DNA from: an uncultured Thermoleophilia bacterium
Lineage (GTDB): Bacteria; Actinomycetota; Thermoleophilia; UBA2241
Direction: 5' to 3'
DNA: 64,000 bases
Assembly: GCA_963709845.1 (NCBI GenBank)
Contig: CAVPXV010000006.1
Coordinates: 346,243 to 410,242 of the forward strand
Shown here piece by piece: positions 28,690 to 38,187 of the stretch. Positions within the stretch are counted from its first letter, which is position 1, and each line of letters opens with the position of its first letter. The notes under the pieces were generated by a model, which was not told where the DNA came from, searched no databases, and saw nothing but the letters and a program-made list of their open reading frames with translations. A program made the translations under genes and the position numbers.

Positions 28690-29321
28690 TGCACCAGCTT
28701 CCGCTGCAGGGCGATGGCGACCGCCTCCGTGCGCGTGGCCGCTCCCAGCTTCATGAGGATGTTGCTGACGTGGAACTTGACCGTGGAGCGGCTCACGAAG
28801 AGCTTCTCGGCGATGTCGGGGTTGCTGTCCCCCGCCACCATCAGCTCGAGGATCTCGAGCTCCCGACTGGTGAGCCCGTCTTCCTCCGGCGGCTCCGTCG
28901 CCGCCTTGATCAGCACCTCGGCGGCCTCGGGCGCCAGGGTGCGACGGCCTGCATAGGCCGCCCGGATGGCGCCCGCGAGCTCGTCGGCCGACACGTTCTT
29001 CAGCAGGTAGCTGAGGGCGCCCGCCTTGAGCGCGCCCTGGACCAGGTCGTCCTCCTTGTAGCTGGTGAGGGCGATCACCTGGACCTCGGGGCACGCCTCC
29101 TTGATGCGGCGGGTCGCCTCGGCGCCGTCCACCTCCGGCATGACGAGGTCCATGAGCACCACGTCTGGCCGCAGGGAGACGCACTTGCTGACAGCGTCAG
29201 CGCCTCCGGTGGCGTCGCCCACGTGCTCGAGGTCGTCGAACGCCAGCAGGAAGGCTGAGAGCCCGCTGCGCACGACTGCATGGTCATCGACGATCATGAC
29301 CTTGATGGCATGGTGGGCCAC
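28686..29321 (-). CDS. NarL/LuxR family response regulator
   Basis: IVDDHAVVRSGL, DVVLMDL, LTSRELEIL, TVKFHVSNILMKL. Confidence 0.95.
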   Translation of the reverse strand: MAHHAIKVMIVDDHAVVRSGLSAFLLAFDDLEHVGDATGGADAVSKCVSLRPDVVLMDLVMPEVDGAEATRRIKEACPEVQVIALTSYKEDDLVQGALKAGALSYLLKNVSADELAGAIRAAYAGRRTLAPEAAEVLIKAATEPPEEDGLTSRELEILELMVAGDSNPDIAEKLFVSRSTVKFHVSNILMKLGAATRTEAVAIALQRKLVQ

Positions 29322-29544
29322 TATCGTGTCTCCCCTCACTCCAATTCCACAGGATACTGGGAATCACGGCCTCAGGAAAGGCGACGCGGCGTATCGGCCG
29401 CCGACGATCCACCTGACCACCTGGCCAGGCTCAAGACTCGCCGATCTGTCAGGCGCAAGTCTCACCGCGTGGCGGGCGCGTGCGAGAGGGTCCCAGGCCT
29501 ACGCTGTGGCTGCAATGGGAGCCACAGGAGAACAACCAGGCTGC

Positions 29545-29925
29545 ATGCGAACGGTCCTGGCCGAGGGACAGCCCACGGTCCGGGACGCGCTTCGCGACCT
29601 GGTGACACAGGGCCTCGGCATGCAGGTGGTCGGCGAAGCCAGAACGCTCCAGACGTTGCAGCGCCAGCTGCGGGCGCACCGCCCGGATCTCGCGATCGTG
29701 GACTGGGACCTGCTGGCCCAGTCCGCATCCGTGCTCGCGGGCCTGCGCGCCTGTTCGCCGGGTCTGCGCATCGTCGTCATCGGGCTGCGTCCGGAGATGC
29801 GCCCCGCCGCCCTGGCGGCCGGCGCCGACGAGTTCGTCAGCAAGGTGGACGCACCCGACGTCGTCGTCGGCGTCCTGCGGCCCCGCCCAAAGACTACTGG
29901 TGAGACGACAGGGGGTCTGTCATGA
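29545..29925 (+). CDS. Stand-alone receiver domain protein
   Basis: MRTVLAEGQPTVRDAL, PDLAIVDW, AGADEFVSK. Confidence 0.8.
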   Translation: MRTVLAEGQPTVRDALRDLVTQGLGMQVVGEARTLQTLQRQLRAHRPDLAIVDWDLLAQSASVLAGLRACSPGLRIVVIGLRPEMRPAALAAGADEFVSKVDAPDVVVGVLRPRPKTTGETTGGLS

Positions 29926-30158
29926 ACAAGTCGAGCGCCGTTCGCGCCAGCTCATGGGCCAGCACGATCCACAGGCCGGGACCAGTGCTTCGCGGCGGTC
30001 CCCGAGATCATGGGGTGCTCGCCGACCAGGCCTGGGAGCTGCAGCCGCACCTTGGGCAGCCGGATGACGACGACATCGGCATGCGCTGGGCGATCGCCTG
30101 GTACCGCAACATCCAGTCAAGGACATCGAGGTTGGAGGGTGGTCATGTCGCAGCTTAG
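29922..30158 (+). CDS. Small hypothetical protein
   Basis: ATGA overlap with the receiver gene and overlap with the MMPL start. Confidence 0.45.
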   Translation: MNKSSAVRASSWASTIHRPGPVLRGGPRDHGVLADQAWELQPHLGQPDDDDIGMRWAIAWYRNIQSRTSRLEGGHVAA

Positions 30159-32476
30159 GGACAAGGGGAAGACGGGGGCCGGCAGGAGCAGCGGCCTCAC
30201 CGAGCGCCTGGCGCGCACGAGCGCACTGCACCCCTGGCGGACGATCGGCCTCTGGGCGGTGCTCGTCGTCCTGGCCGTGCTCGCCGTCGGCTCGCTCCTC
30301 GGCAGCGGCCTCACCTCGGAGATGAAGTTCCGCGCCGCCAAGCCGGACAGCCTGGTCGGCCAGGAGCTGCTCCAGCAGCGACTGACGGGCCCGCAGAAGG
30401 TCACCGACTTCGTGATCGTGCGGTCCGCCACGCGCACCGTCGACGACGCTGCCTTCAAGGCCTACGTCACAGACGTCGCCGCCAAGATCAAGGCCCTCGG
30501 GCCGAACGTCATCGCCAGTGTGGCGACCTTCTATCAGACGAACGATCCCACAGCCGTCTCGAAGGACAAGCACTCGACCCTGATCCCGGTAGTCATGGCC
30601 GGCAAGATGGACGACGCGCTCAAGAACGTGGACAAGCTCCACGAGACAGTCGTCGCGGCGCAGGCGTCAGGGGTTCACCGTGGCCCAGACCGGCGACGCC
30701 AGCATCAACGAGATGTTCACCAAGCTGGCCGAGAAGGACCTGCAGCGCGGCGAGATCTTCGGCATCCCCGCCGCGCTCATCGTGCTGCTCATCGTCTTCG
30801 GTGCCGTGCTCGCCGCGTTCATGCCGCTGGTGCTGAGCGTCATCAGCATCGTCCTGGCCCTGGCGCTCACCGCTCTGATCGGCCAGGTCTACCCGATGAA
30901 CACCTTCGTGCTGAACATCCTGACCATGATGGGTCTGGCCGTCGGCATCGACTACACGCTGTTCGTCATCAGTCGGTACCGCGAGGAGCGCGGCCGCGGC
31001 CTGGAGAAGGTCGACGCCATCGCCGCCACCGGCGCCACCGCCAACCGCGCCATCTTCTTCAGTGGCATGACCGTCGTGCTGGCCATGTCCGGCATGGTCA
31101 TCATCCCGCTCGACATCATGATCAGCATGGGCGTGGGCGTCATGCTCGTCGTCGTCACCACGCTGCTCACGGCGCTGATCCTGCTGCCGGCCCTCCTGAG
31201 CCTGCTCGGCGACCGCATCAACGCCCTGCGGGTGCCGTTCGTCGGCAAACTCGCGCTCAAGCGCGCCAGCGGCTCCGGCGGCCTCTGGGAGCGCCTTGCC
31301 CACAGCATCATGCGCCGCCCGGTGGTGTGGCTCACGGTGGCGGTCGTGGCGCTGCTCGTGGTGGCCGCCCCGGTGGTCGTCATGAAGAAGGGCAACAACA
31401 CCGCCAGCGCCGCACATCTGCCCGGCAGTGAGTACGCCAAGCAGGGCTGGGACACCCTCGACCGTGACTTCTCACTCGGCAAGGCCAACCCGCTGATGAT
31501 CGTGGTCGACGGCCAGGTGACCTCGCCTGACGTCAAGCAGGCGGTCGGCCGCCTGCAGGCGGCGATGAAGGCCGACGGGCGCTTCGGTCCCGCGCAGGTC
31601 ACCGCCAACAAGACCGGCGACCTGACCCTCGTCACCACGATGCTGGCGGGCGATCCCGCCGGCGAGGCGACGCAGTCCCTCGTCAGGCACCTGCGCAGCG
31701 ACATCGTGCCGGCGGCCGTCGACGGTACGTCGGCCAAGATCTACGTGACGGGCAACACGGCCGGCGTCGTCGACTACCTTGGCTTCTTCGACACGTGGAT
31801 GCCGGTCGCGCTGGCCGTCGTCCTCAGCCTGAGCTTCGTGCTCCTGCTCGTCGCCTTCCGCAGCATCGTCATACCGGCGCAGGCGATCGCCATGAACCTG
31901 CTGTCCGTCGGCGCCGCCTACGGCCTGATGGTCCTCGTCTTCCAGAAGGGCATCGGCGCCTCGCTGCTCGGCCTCACGCAGGTCGACACGATCGAGGCCT
32001 GGGTGCCGCTCTTCCTCTTCAGCCTGCTGTTCGGGCTCTCGATGGACTACCAGGTCTTCCTGCTCAGCCGCATCAAGGAGCGCTATGACCAGACGGGGGA
32101 CACCCGCGAGGCGGTCGGCTACGGCCTGGGCCGCACCGGGAGCATCATCACCGGCGCCGCCGCCATCATGGTCTGCGTGTTCGGCGGCATGGCCACCGGC
32201 GAGCTGGTCATGTTCCAGCAGATGGGCTTCGGCCTCGCGGTCGCGGTCCTGATCGACGCCACCGTGGTGCGCAGCATCATCGTGCCGGCCTCGATGGAAC
32301 TGCTCGGCGACCGCAACTGGTACCTGCCGCGCTGGCTCGAGTGGCTGCCGAACGTGGCCGTCGAGGGGCACGCGCCCACCAGGCACCTGCCCGGCGCCGC
32401 CCCCGCGCCTGCCTTCCGGCCGCAACCTCAGCCCGCCTTCCGTCGCGAGAACGGGCGCACCACTGTGGTGGAGTAG
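30145..32476 (+). CDS. MMPL/RND family transporter (frameshift near 30670)
   Basis: GLAVGIDYTLFVISRYREE, LFGLSMDYQVFLLSRIKE, GDRNWYLPRWL. Confidence 0.92.
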
Positions 32477-32515
32477 ACCGGCAGTCGTCCGTGTATCCCG
32501 GACGACCGAGCGAGT

Positions 32516-32555
32516 AGAAGGGGGCGGGAGGCCGATAGCGCCTCCCGCCCCTTCT
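32516..32555. terminator. Probable bidirectional terminator hairpin
   Basis: AGAAG(G)GGGCGGGAGGC / GCCTCCCGCCCCTTCT stem between convergent MMPL and GNAT genes. Confidence 0.75.
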
Positions 32556-32674
32556 GCCTCACATGGTGAGGCGGGGTCTCTCCACGATCAGCGCCTCTCT
32601 GCGCGGCCGACATCGCCCAAAGCGGATGACGCGCCCCGACCACCTCCGCTCGGCCAAGAAGACTTCGGTACTTC

Positions 32675-33142
32675 TCAGTCGCAAGCACGAACGGAACGCA
32701 CCATGTACGCGGGCGCGGGATGCTCCGTGACGAAGCCGCAGGACGCGTAGAAGGTTCGCGCGTCCTCGCCATCTGCCAGCACCCACACGGTGCTGATGCA
32801 ATGCGCGACCATCCACGCGTCCATGCGCCGGACCAAGGCGGTGCCCACCCCGTGCCTGCGCCGCGACCGGCGCACGCCGATCTCATAGAGCAGCAGCTCT
32901 GCGCCCGGGGAGACCGGCAGGGGCAAGGCGATGGTAACGAGGCTGCCCACGACCTCACCGCCATCGAACGCGGCCCAATGGACCACGGACGAGTCGCTGA
33001 GATACCGCGCCGACTGTCGATCAGTCAGCGCCGGGAGTGGCTCCCCGCTATCGGAGAGCCCGAAGTCCGCGGCGTCGGCGGCGAGGACGGCCAGAACACC
33101 CTCATCGCCGGGTTCCAGGAGCTTGATGGAGAGCATCGCCAC
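32675..33142 (-). CDS. GNAT family N-acetyltransferase
   Basis: LLYEIGVRRSRRRHGVGTALV, ARTFYASCGF. Confidence 0.85.
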   Translation of the reverse strand: MAMLSIKLLEPGDEGVLAVLAADAADFGLSDSGEPLPALTDRQSARYLSDSSVVHWAAFDGGEVVGSLVTIALPLPVSPGAELLLYEIGVRRSRRRHGVGTALVRRMDAWMVAHCISTVWVLADGEDARTFYASCGFVTEHPAPAYMVRSVRACD

Positions 33143-33223
33143 ATCATCCTCGATCGGGCTGCTCGGCAGGCATGTCTGGCGCGCTGCGGCTGCTGCCGGA
33201 CGATCAGGGGTCGGCGAGCTCCC

Positions 33224-33622
33224 CTAGCTCCTCGTCGCCGAGGAACTGTTGTACACCACAGCAGCGCGAACCAGGTCCTTCAGGGCGGACTCGTCGACCA
33301 AGCCGGCTTCGCCAATGTCGATGGCACGCGTCGCCTTGGCCTCAAGACCGGCGTTGAAGAGACCGTGCGGATCGTCCAGAGAAGCGCCCTTGAAGAAGCT
33401 GAGCTTCACGTGGTCCTTGAAGGCGGCGGCGCTGCAGACCAGGCCGTCATGTGCCCAGACCGCCGTCCCCCACTTCCAGTCCTCGGCGATGTCGGAGTCG
33501 GCTTCGTGGATCAGGTCTCGCAGCCGGGCAAGCGTCTGGCCGCGCCAGTCGCCCAGGGAGGCGATCTTGTCGCTGATCAGCCGAGAGGGGTTCGAGCTAC
33601 GCGTCGCGTCGGTCTTCATCAC
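33224..33622 (-). CDS. DUF1801 family protein
   Basis: DWRGQTLARLRDLIHEAD..EDWKWG, FFKGASLDDPHGLFNAGL. Confidence 0.9.
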   Translation of the reverse strand: MMKTDATRSSNPSRLISDKIASLGDWRGQTLARLRDLIHEADSDIAEDWKWGTAVWAHDGLVCSAAAFKDHVKLSFFKGASLDDPHGLFNAGLEAKATRAIDIGEAGLVDESALKDLVRAAVVYNSSSATRS

Positions 33623-33884
33623 ACCTGCTCCTGCAGTCGGAATGCATGGTGGCCCTTCACACTACTCGGGCTTGCTTGACCCGTGACGAACGTGCGTCAC
33701 GCGTCGTGGCCATAGGTACCCCGCATCAGCCGCCGCTAGCGTTGTCGACGCGACGAAAGCGCCCAAGGCGACAAAGCGCGCCTCGGTCGCCTTCGTCTCG
33801 CCGGCGCCGACCCGCCCTCCGGCGAACCGCCGAACGCTGCCCGACGTCACTTGAGATAGCACCGTCGAGCTTGAAAGGTCCCCC

Positions 33885-34319
33885 ATGAGTGCGCGCCTTT
33901 CCACGTTGTTGGTGGCCCTGGTCCTCGCGGCTGCGGCGCTCGGCACGGCCGGATGCGGGAGTCCCGGCGGCGACACCCATGTGCTCGACGGCAGCGCATG
34001 GCGCCTCGTCGCATGGCAGACGAGTTCCCTCGACCCCAGAGGGTTCACGATCACCGCGAGGTTCGCGGACGGCAGGATCTCCGGGACCTCGGCCGTCAAC
34101 GCCTACGGAGGCCCATACACAGCGGATCCTGGCCACGCGTTCTCGGTGGGGGACCTGGCCGTCGGTGCGATGGGCGGGACCGGGCCCGACATGGGAGCCG
34201 AGCGGAACTATCTCACGCTCCTCGGTGAGGCGAGGTCCTTCGAGCGGAGCGGCAACCGGCTCACTCTGTTCGACCAGCAGGGCGGCAGATCGCTGGTCTT
34301 CGAGGCGGCCAAGCTCTAG
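33885..34319 (+). CDS. META domain lipoprotein
   Basis: Lipobox TAGC, LDGSAWRLV, ISGTSAVNAYGGPY, AERNYLTLL. Confidence 0.85.
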   Translation: MSARLSTLLVALVLAAAALGTAGCGSPGGDTHVLDGSAWRLVAWQTSSLDPRGFTITARFADGRISGTSAVNAYGGPYTADPGHAFSVGDLAVGAMGGTGPDMGAERNYLTLLGEARSFERSGNRLTLFDQQGGRSLVFEAAKL

Positions 34320-34507
34320 CCGACCGGATTCCTGCGCGCGCGCTGACGAAACCAACGGATGCCGCTGTCCTACGTGATCGTGACCCTGGCGGCCTTGCCG
34401 GCCGACACGGTAGCCCTTGCACCAGAACTCGCTGACGGGCGTGCGCCTCGCGGCACAAGTGAGTGTCACAGGGCGTGCACGGGCACTCTTTGGACGAGGT
34501 GAGGACC

Positions 34508-34777
34508 GTGTGCAGGAACATCAGAACGCTCTACAACTTCGAGCCACCGGCGACCGACGAGGAGATCCACGCCGCCGCGCTTCAGTTCGTGAGGAAGATC
34601 AGCGGCTTCACGAGCCCGTCCGCCGCGAACGAGGCGGCGTTCCGTCGCGCGGTCGACGACGTCGCCGAGGCATCCACGACGCTCCTCGGATCGCTCGTGA
34701 CCACCGCCGCGCCCCGGGACCGCGAGCACGAAGCCGCCAAGGCCCACGCTCGCGCGGTCCGGAGGTTCGGCGCCTAG
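34508..34777 (+). CDS. DUF2277 family protein
   Basis: MCRNIRTLYNFEPPATDEEIHAAALQFVRKISG. Confidence 0.92.
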   Translation: MCRNIRTLYNFEPPATDEEIHAAALQFVRKISGFTSPSAANEAAFRRAVDDVAEASTTLLGSLVTTAAPRDREHEAAKAHARAVRRFGA

Positions 34778-34865
34778 CGACGCCGCCTGCGCGGCGGCCA
34801 GACCCCAGTCGCTCCCGCTCTGAGGGAAGCGAGGCTGCATGTTTGCGACGTCCGAGGACGGGAGA

Positions 34866-34889
34866 ATACTGAACTATATGGTTCAGTAT
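34866..34889. promoter_or_regulatory. Palindromic operator overlapping the ArsR start codon
   Basis: ATACTGAAC-N6-GTTCAGTAT perfect inverted repeat, AT-rich in a GC-rich context. Confidence 0.8.
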
Positions 34890-35216
34890 AGCCCCCGACT
34901 CGACTCGACATTCGCGGCACTCTCCGACCCCACGCGCCGGGGCATCCTGGAGCGTCTGGGCCAGAGCAACGCCTCGATCAGCGAGCTCGCCGCGACCTTC
35001 GCGATGACGCTCACCGGCATCACGAAGCACGTGCGGATCCTCGAGCAGGCGGGGCTGGTGACCACCGAGAAGGTCGGCCGGGTGCGGTCCTGCAGGCTGG
35101 GGCCACGTGGGCTCGACGACGAGACGACCTGGATCGCCGCCTACCGGGAGATGCTGGAAGCACGCCTCGACCGGCTCGGCGACTTCCTGGAAGAGGAGAA
35201 AGGATCCCAGTCATGA
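34878..35216 (+). CDS. ArsR/SmtB family transcriptional regulator
   Basis: FAALSDPTRRGIL, KHVRILEQAGLV, KVGRVR. Confidence 0.92.
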   Translation: MVQYSPRLDSTFAALSDPTRRGILERLGQSNASISELAATFAMTLTGITKHVRILEQAGLVTTEKVGRVRSCRLGPRGLDDETTWIAAYREMLEARLDRLGDFLEEEKGSQS

Positions 35217-35716
35217 GTACATCGCTCAAGCGGTCTGAACCGGCGCCGACGGGAGCGGCAGTCGTCACCACACCCGCCCCGCGCGAGATCCGCATCGAGC
35301 GCGTCTTCGCTGCGCCGCGGGAGCGCGTGTGGCGCGCCTTCACCGACCCGGAACAGGTCGCGCGGTGGTGGGGCCGCGGCAACAAGTTGGACATCGAGCG
35401 CTTCGAGGTGGAGCGCGGCGGCCACTGGCGCTTTGTCGAGCACGGCCCCGAAGGTGTCTCCGGCTTCGAAGGACGGTTCCGTGAGGTGACGCCGCAGGAG
35501 CGCCTCGTGCAGACGTTCGAGTGGGACGGGATGCCGGGCTACGTCGCCATCAACACCGCGACGTTCGAGGATCTCGGCGACGGCCGCACGAAGATCGTGA
35601 CGACGTCGCTGTTCCACACGACCGAGGAGCGCGACGGCATGCTGAGCTCGGGCATGGAGGGCGGCCTGAACGCAAGCTACGCAGCCCTCGACAAGCTGCT
35701 GATCGAGCTGAACTGA
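35213..35716 (+). CDS. SRPBCC/AHSA1 domain protein
   Basis: IERVFAAPRERVWRAFTDP..WWG, LVQTFEW, SGMEGG; ATGA overlap with ArsR. Confidence 0.9.
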   Translation: MSTSLKRSEPAPTGAAVVTTPAPREIRIERVFAAPRERVWRAFTDPEQVARWWGRGNKLDIERFEVERGGHWRFVEHGPEGVSGFEGRFREVTPQERLVQTFEWDGMPGYVAINTATFEDLGDGRTKIVTTSLFHTTEERDGMLSSGMEGGLNASYAALDKLLIELN

Positions 35717-35729
35717 AGCGCTGGCAAGT

Positions 35730-35764
35730 GGAAGGCGGAGGGGTCTGCGACCCCTCCGCCTTCC
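35730..35764. terminator. Terminator hairpin between convergent genes
   Basis: GGAAGGCGGAGGGGTC-TGC-GACCCCTCCGCCTTCC, 16-bp perfect stem. Confidence 0.8.
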
Positions 35765-35823
35765 CGACGCTTTTCGGGCCGGTTCGGCGCACAGGTTCAC
35801 CTGACCTCTGCACCCCGTTACCT

Positions 35824-36486
35824 CTAGTTCAGCCGGATGACCTCGGTGAGGGAGGCGAAGGGCTGCGGCGCGTCGGGCACCGTGTAGCCGAAGGCCGCCT
35901 TCAGCGCGGCCGCCGATTGCGGCGTGTAGGAGAGCGACGCCCCCTGGATGCGCACGTACTTGTGGCCGTGCGACGAGAACACGTGGTCGGTCATGCCCAT
36001 CTCGTTGACGCCGGCAAAGGCGACGAGAGGCTGGCCGTTGATCGAAGCCCTCACGCTCTGGGTCTTGACGTTGAACGTGAGCTTGGTCACCGTGACCTGC
36101 GTCCAGGTGGCGGCCGGCGTGAGCTTCAGGAAGCGGACGCCGCCCCGGAACCTGACCGGGCCCCAGTACGGCGAGGCGGTCTGGAACGAGACTCCGGAGA
36201 TGGTCGAGGTCAGTCTCACGGTATGACTGATCGGCGTGAGTGCCATCGGCGTGATCGGCTCCAGGAACACACCGTTGGCAAGCTGCACGTTGGCCAGATC
36301 GGCTCGGTCCCAGTTCAGCGTGAGCGTGCCGTGCGGCGTGATCGTGGCGGCGCCAGCCGTGACCGGCGCGACGGCAAGCACCACGAGGCCGGAGAGCAGG
36401 AAGACGAGGAGCATGCGAGCGGGCCAGGCGTGGCGTGGCGAACGGGCGCGGAGAGACGAGCGAGTGTCGGCGAATGATGAGTTCAT
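35824..36486 (-). CDS. Secreted hypothetical protein (weak HtaA-like beta-rich pattern)
   Basis: Hydrophobic signal LLVFLLSGLVVLAVAPVTAGA; FRGGVRF, SLSYTPQSAAALKAAFG. Confidence 0.65.
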   Translation of the reverse strand: MNSSFADTRSSLRARSPRHAWPARMLLVFLLSGLVVLAVAPVTAGAATITPHGTLTLNWDRADLANVQLANGVFLEPITPMALTPISHTVRLTSTISGVSFQTASPYWGPVRFRGGVRFLKLTPAATWTQVTVTKLTFNVKTQSVRASINGQPLVAFAGVNEMGMTDHVFSSHGHKYVRIQGASLSYTPQSAAALKAAFGYTVPDAPQPFASLTEVIRLN

Positions 36487-36707
36487 GACTTCCCCTTAGG
36501 TCGCGGGTGCTGCTGACGCGCAGTCTTGCCGCACTTGTACCCGCGGCGCCCACGACGCTCCCCCGTGGCCCACACCCCGGGCGAGCCCCAGCCAGTGCCC
36601 TTGAGGTGGGCAAGCCGGCGGTCGACCACGCTACAGTCGTCTCTTTCAACCGGGGCGTCGCGCAGGCCAAGGATCCGCTTGCCCAGCTAGATGAGCATGT
36701 TCATGCT

Positions 36708-36908
36708 TCAGCTAGCCTCGCTGTGAGAGCGCAGTGCCGCGACCAGGAACGGCAGACCAAGGACGACGAGCACGATGCCGGTGATGAAGGTGGGCCGCGT
36801 GCCCAGATGGTGGCTGCTCGAGAGCAGCGCGTGTGCGAGGGCGATGATCCCGGTCACCATGAGGATGATGCCGAGGCGCAGGTTGTCGGTCCTCGACAGT
36901 CTTCTCAT
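36708..36908 (-). CDS. Small two-TM membrane protein
   Basis: GGGAGG RBS, two hydrophobic helices. Confidence 0.65.
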   Translation of the reverse strand: MRRLSRTDNLRLGIILMVTGIIALAHALLSSSHHLGTRPTFITGIVLVVLGLPFLVAALRSHSEAS

Positions 36909-37284
36909 GCGACCTCCCGCCGCCAGTTGAGCCGGCCCTCGTCGGCCACCACCAGGTAGTCGAACAACTCCGCGGTGCCGGTGCGCCCGCGCACTGTGCC
37001 TTCATGGTTCCCGGCCGTCACCTCTTTGGACCTCCTCCCACGCCCTCCCGACGCTGCAGGAGAGGCGGCGGCGCTGATCGCGGTGCGGGCAAGTTGCCGG
37101 CCACCGTAGAGGCCCGCTGCCCGTGAGGGCGGCGGGCCTCCTACGGCCCGAGCATGAGATGCCGGTCGCGCCTCCTGAGAACGCACGCGAGACAGCCAAG
37201 CAGGACGAGCGTGCCTTGACGCTCCCGAACGCGGCTAGGGCGTGTGTTGTCCCCGCCGCCTGGTCGGCCTGTGACCGCTCGCCG

Positions 37285-37578
37285 TCAGGGCAGTTGGCTC
37301 ACAAGGCCGGCGAACTCTTCGGGCGTGAAGGCGCGGAGCGTCTGCGTCGTGACGTAGCCCTGAGCGGCGGTCGACATCGACATCAGGGCCGCGAACTCGT
37401 CGCTCGGACCCTCGGCCACAAGTACGTAGTCGTAGGCACCCATCGTGGCATGGAAGCTGAGCACCTTGCCGCCGGCGGCTTCGATCCCCTTGACGACCGC
37501 TTCGTACCGCGCCGGCCCGTTCTTGATCTCGGCCAGCCCCTTGGCGGTCAGGTTGGAGAGTATGACGAACTGCGGCAT
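37285..37578 (-). CDS. GYD domain protein
   Basis: MPQFVILSNLTAKG...AAGGKVLSFHATMGAYDYV...TQTLRAFTPEE. Confidence 0.9.
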   Translation of the reverse strand: MPQFVILSNLTAKGLAEIKNGPARYEAVVKGIEAAGGKVLSFHATMGAYDYVLVAEGPSDEFAALMSMSTAAQGYVTTQTLRAFTPEEFAGLVSQLP

Positions 37579-38187
37579 GGCGAACCTCCCTTGTAACGGG
37601 GTCGCACCCTCCTGTGCGGCGCCCTCACAATGGGTTGTCACCTCAGCCGTTCAATCGTCACCGTTGCAGGCACAGTGCGGCCACCTGCCTGGTGGCGTTC
37701 TGCTCGATGCGCCTCCCAGGGAGGCTTCTGCTGGAGTACATCCCCTCGCCGACCTGCGGCTTCGCGCCGGCCCACACATGCAGCAAGTCGCCCTTCCTCT
37801 CGGCGTGACCCCGGTCAATAGCGAAGAAGGCGAAGAGGCAGATCGCGAGGACGGAAGCCGAAGACTATGAGGAGCAAACGTTTCACGTCACGCCGGTCAT
37901 CGTGGACCTCGATCCCGCGTGCCTCACTCGCATTCGGCAGCCTGGAGAAGACCCCGATGAGGCTGCCGACTGCGCATGGCTGTACCACCATGGTAGGAGA
38001 TAGGGCGCGGGCAGTCTGCGAGAGCCGAGTGCGCGCGGGTTGCCGGTGACCGGGCACTTGCCCGTGTCGCCAGCAGCCAATCCGCAGTGACCGCTCTCAA
38101 GCACGGCTAGGTCGTCACCCTCGGGTGGCTGCAGTTCGCCGCCGCTACGAAGCTCGGCCTTCCGTGTGGGGAACCTTGTCGGACCGA

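Noticed and set aside
36905-37021. 38-aa ORF overlapping the start of the small membrane gene
   Set aside because: Has an RBS and overlap but is too short and motif-free to support
37657-37890. Frameshifted small membrane or secreted ORF (MKRLLLIV..SVLAICLFAFFAIDRG...)
   Set aside because: Requires a frame correction and has no recognisable family
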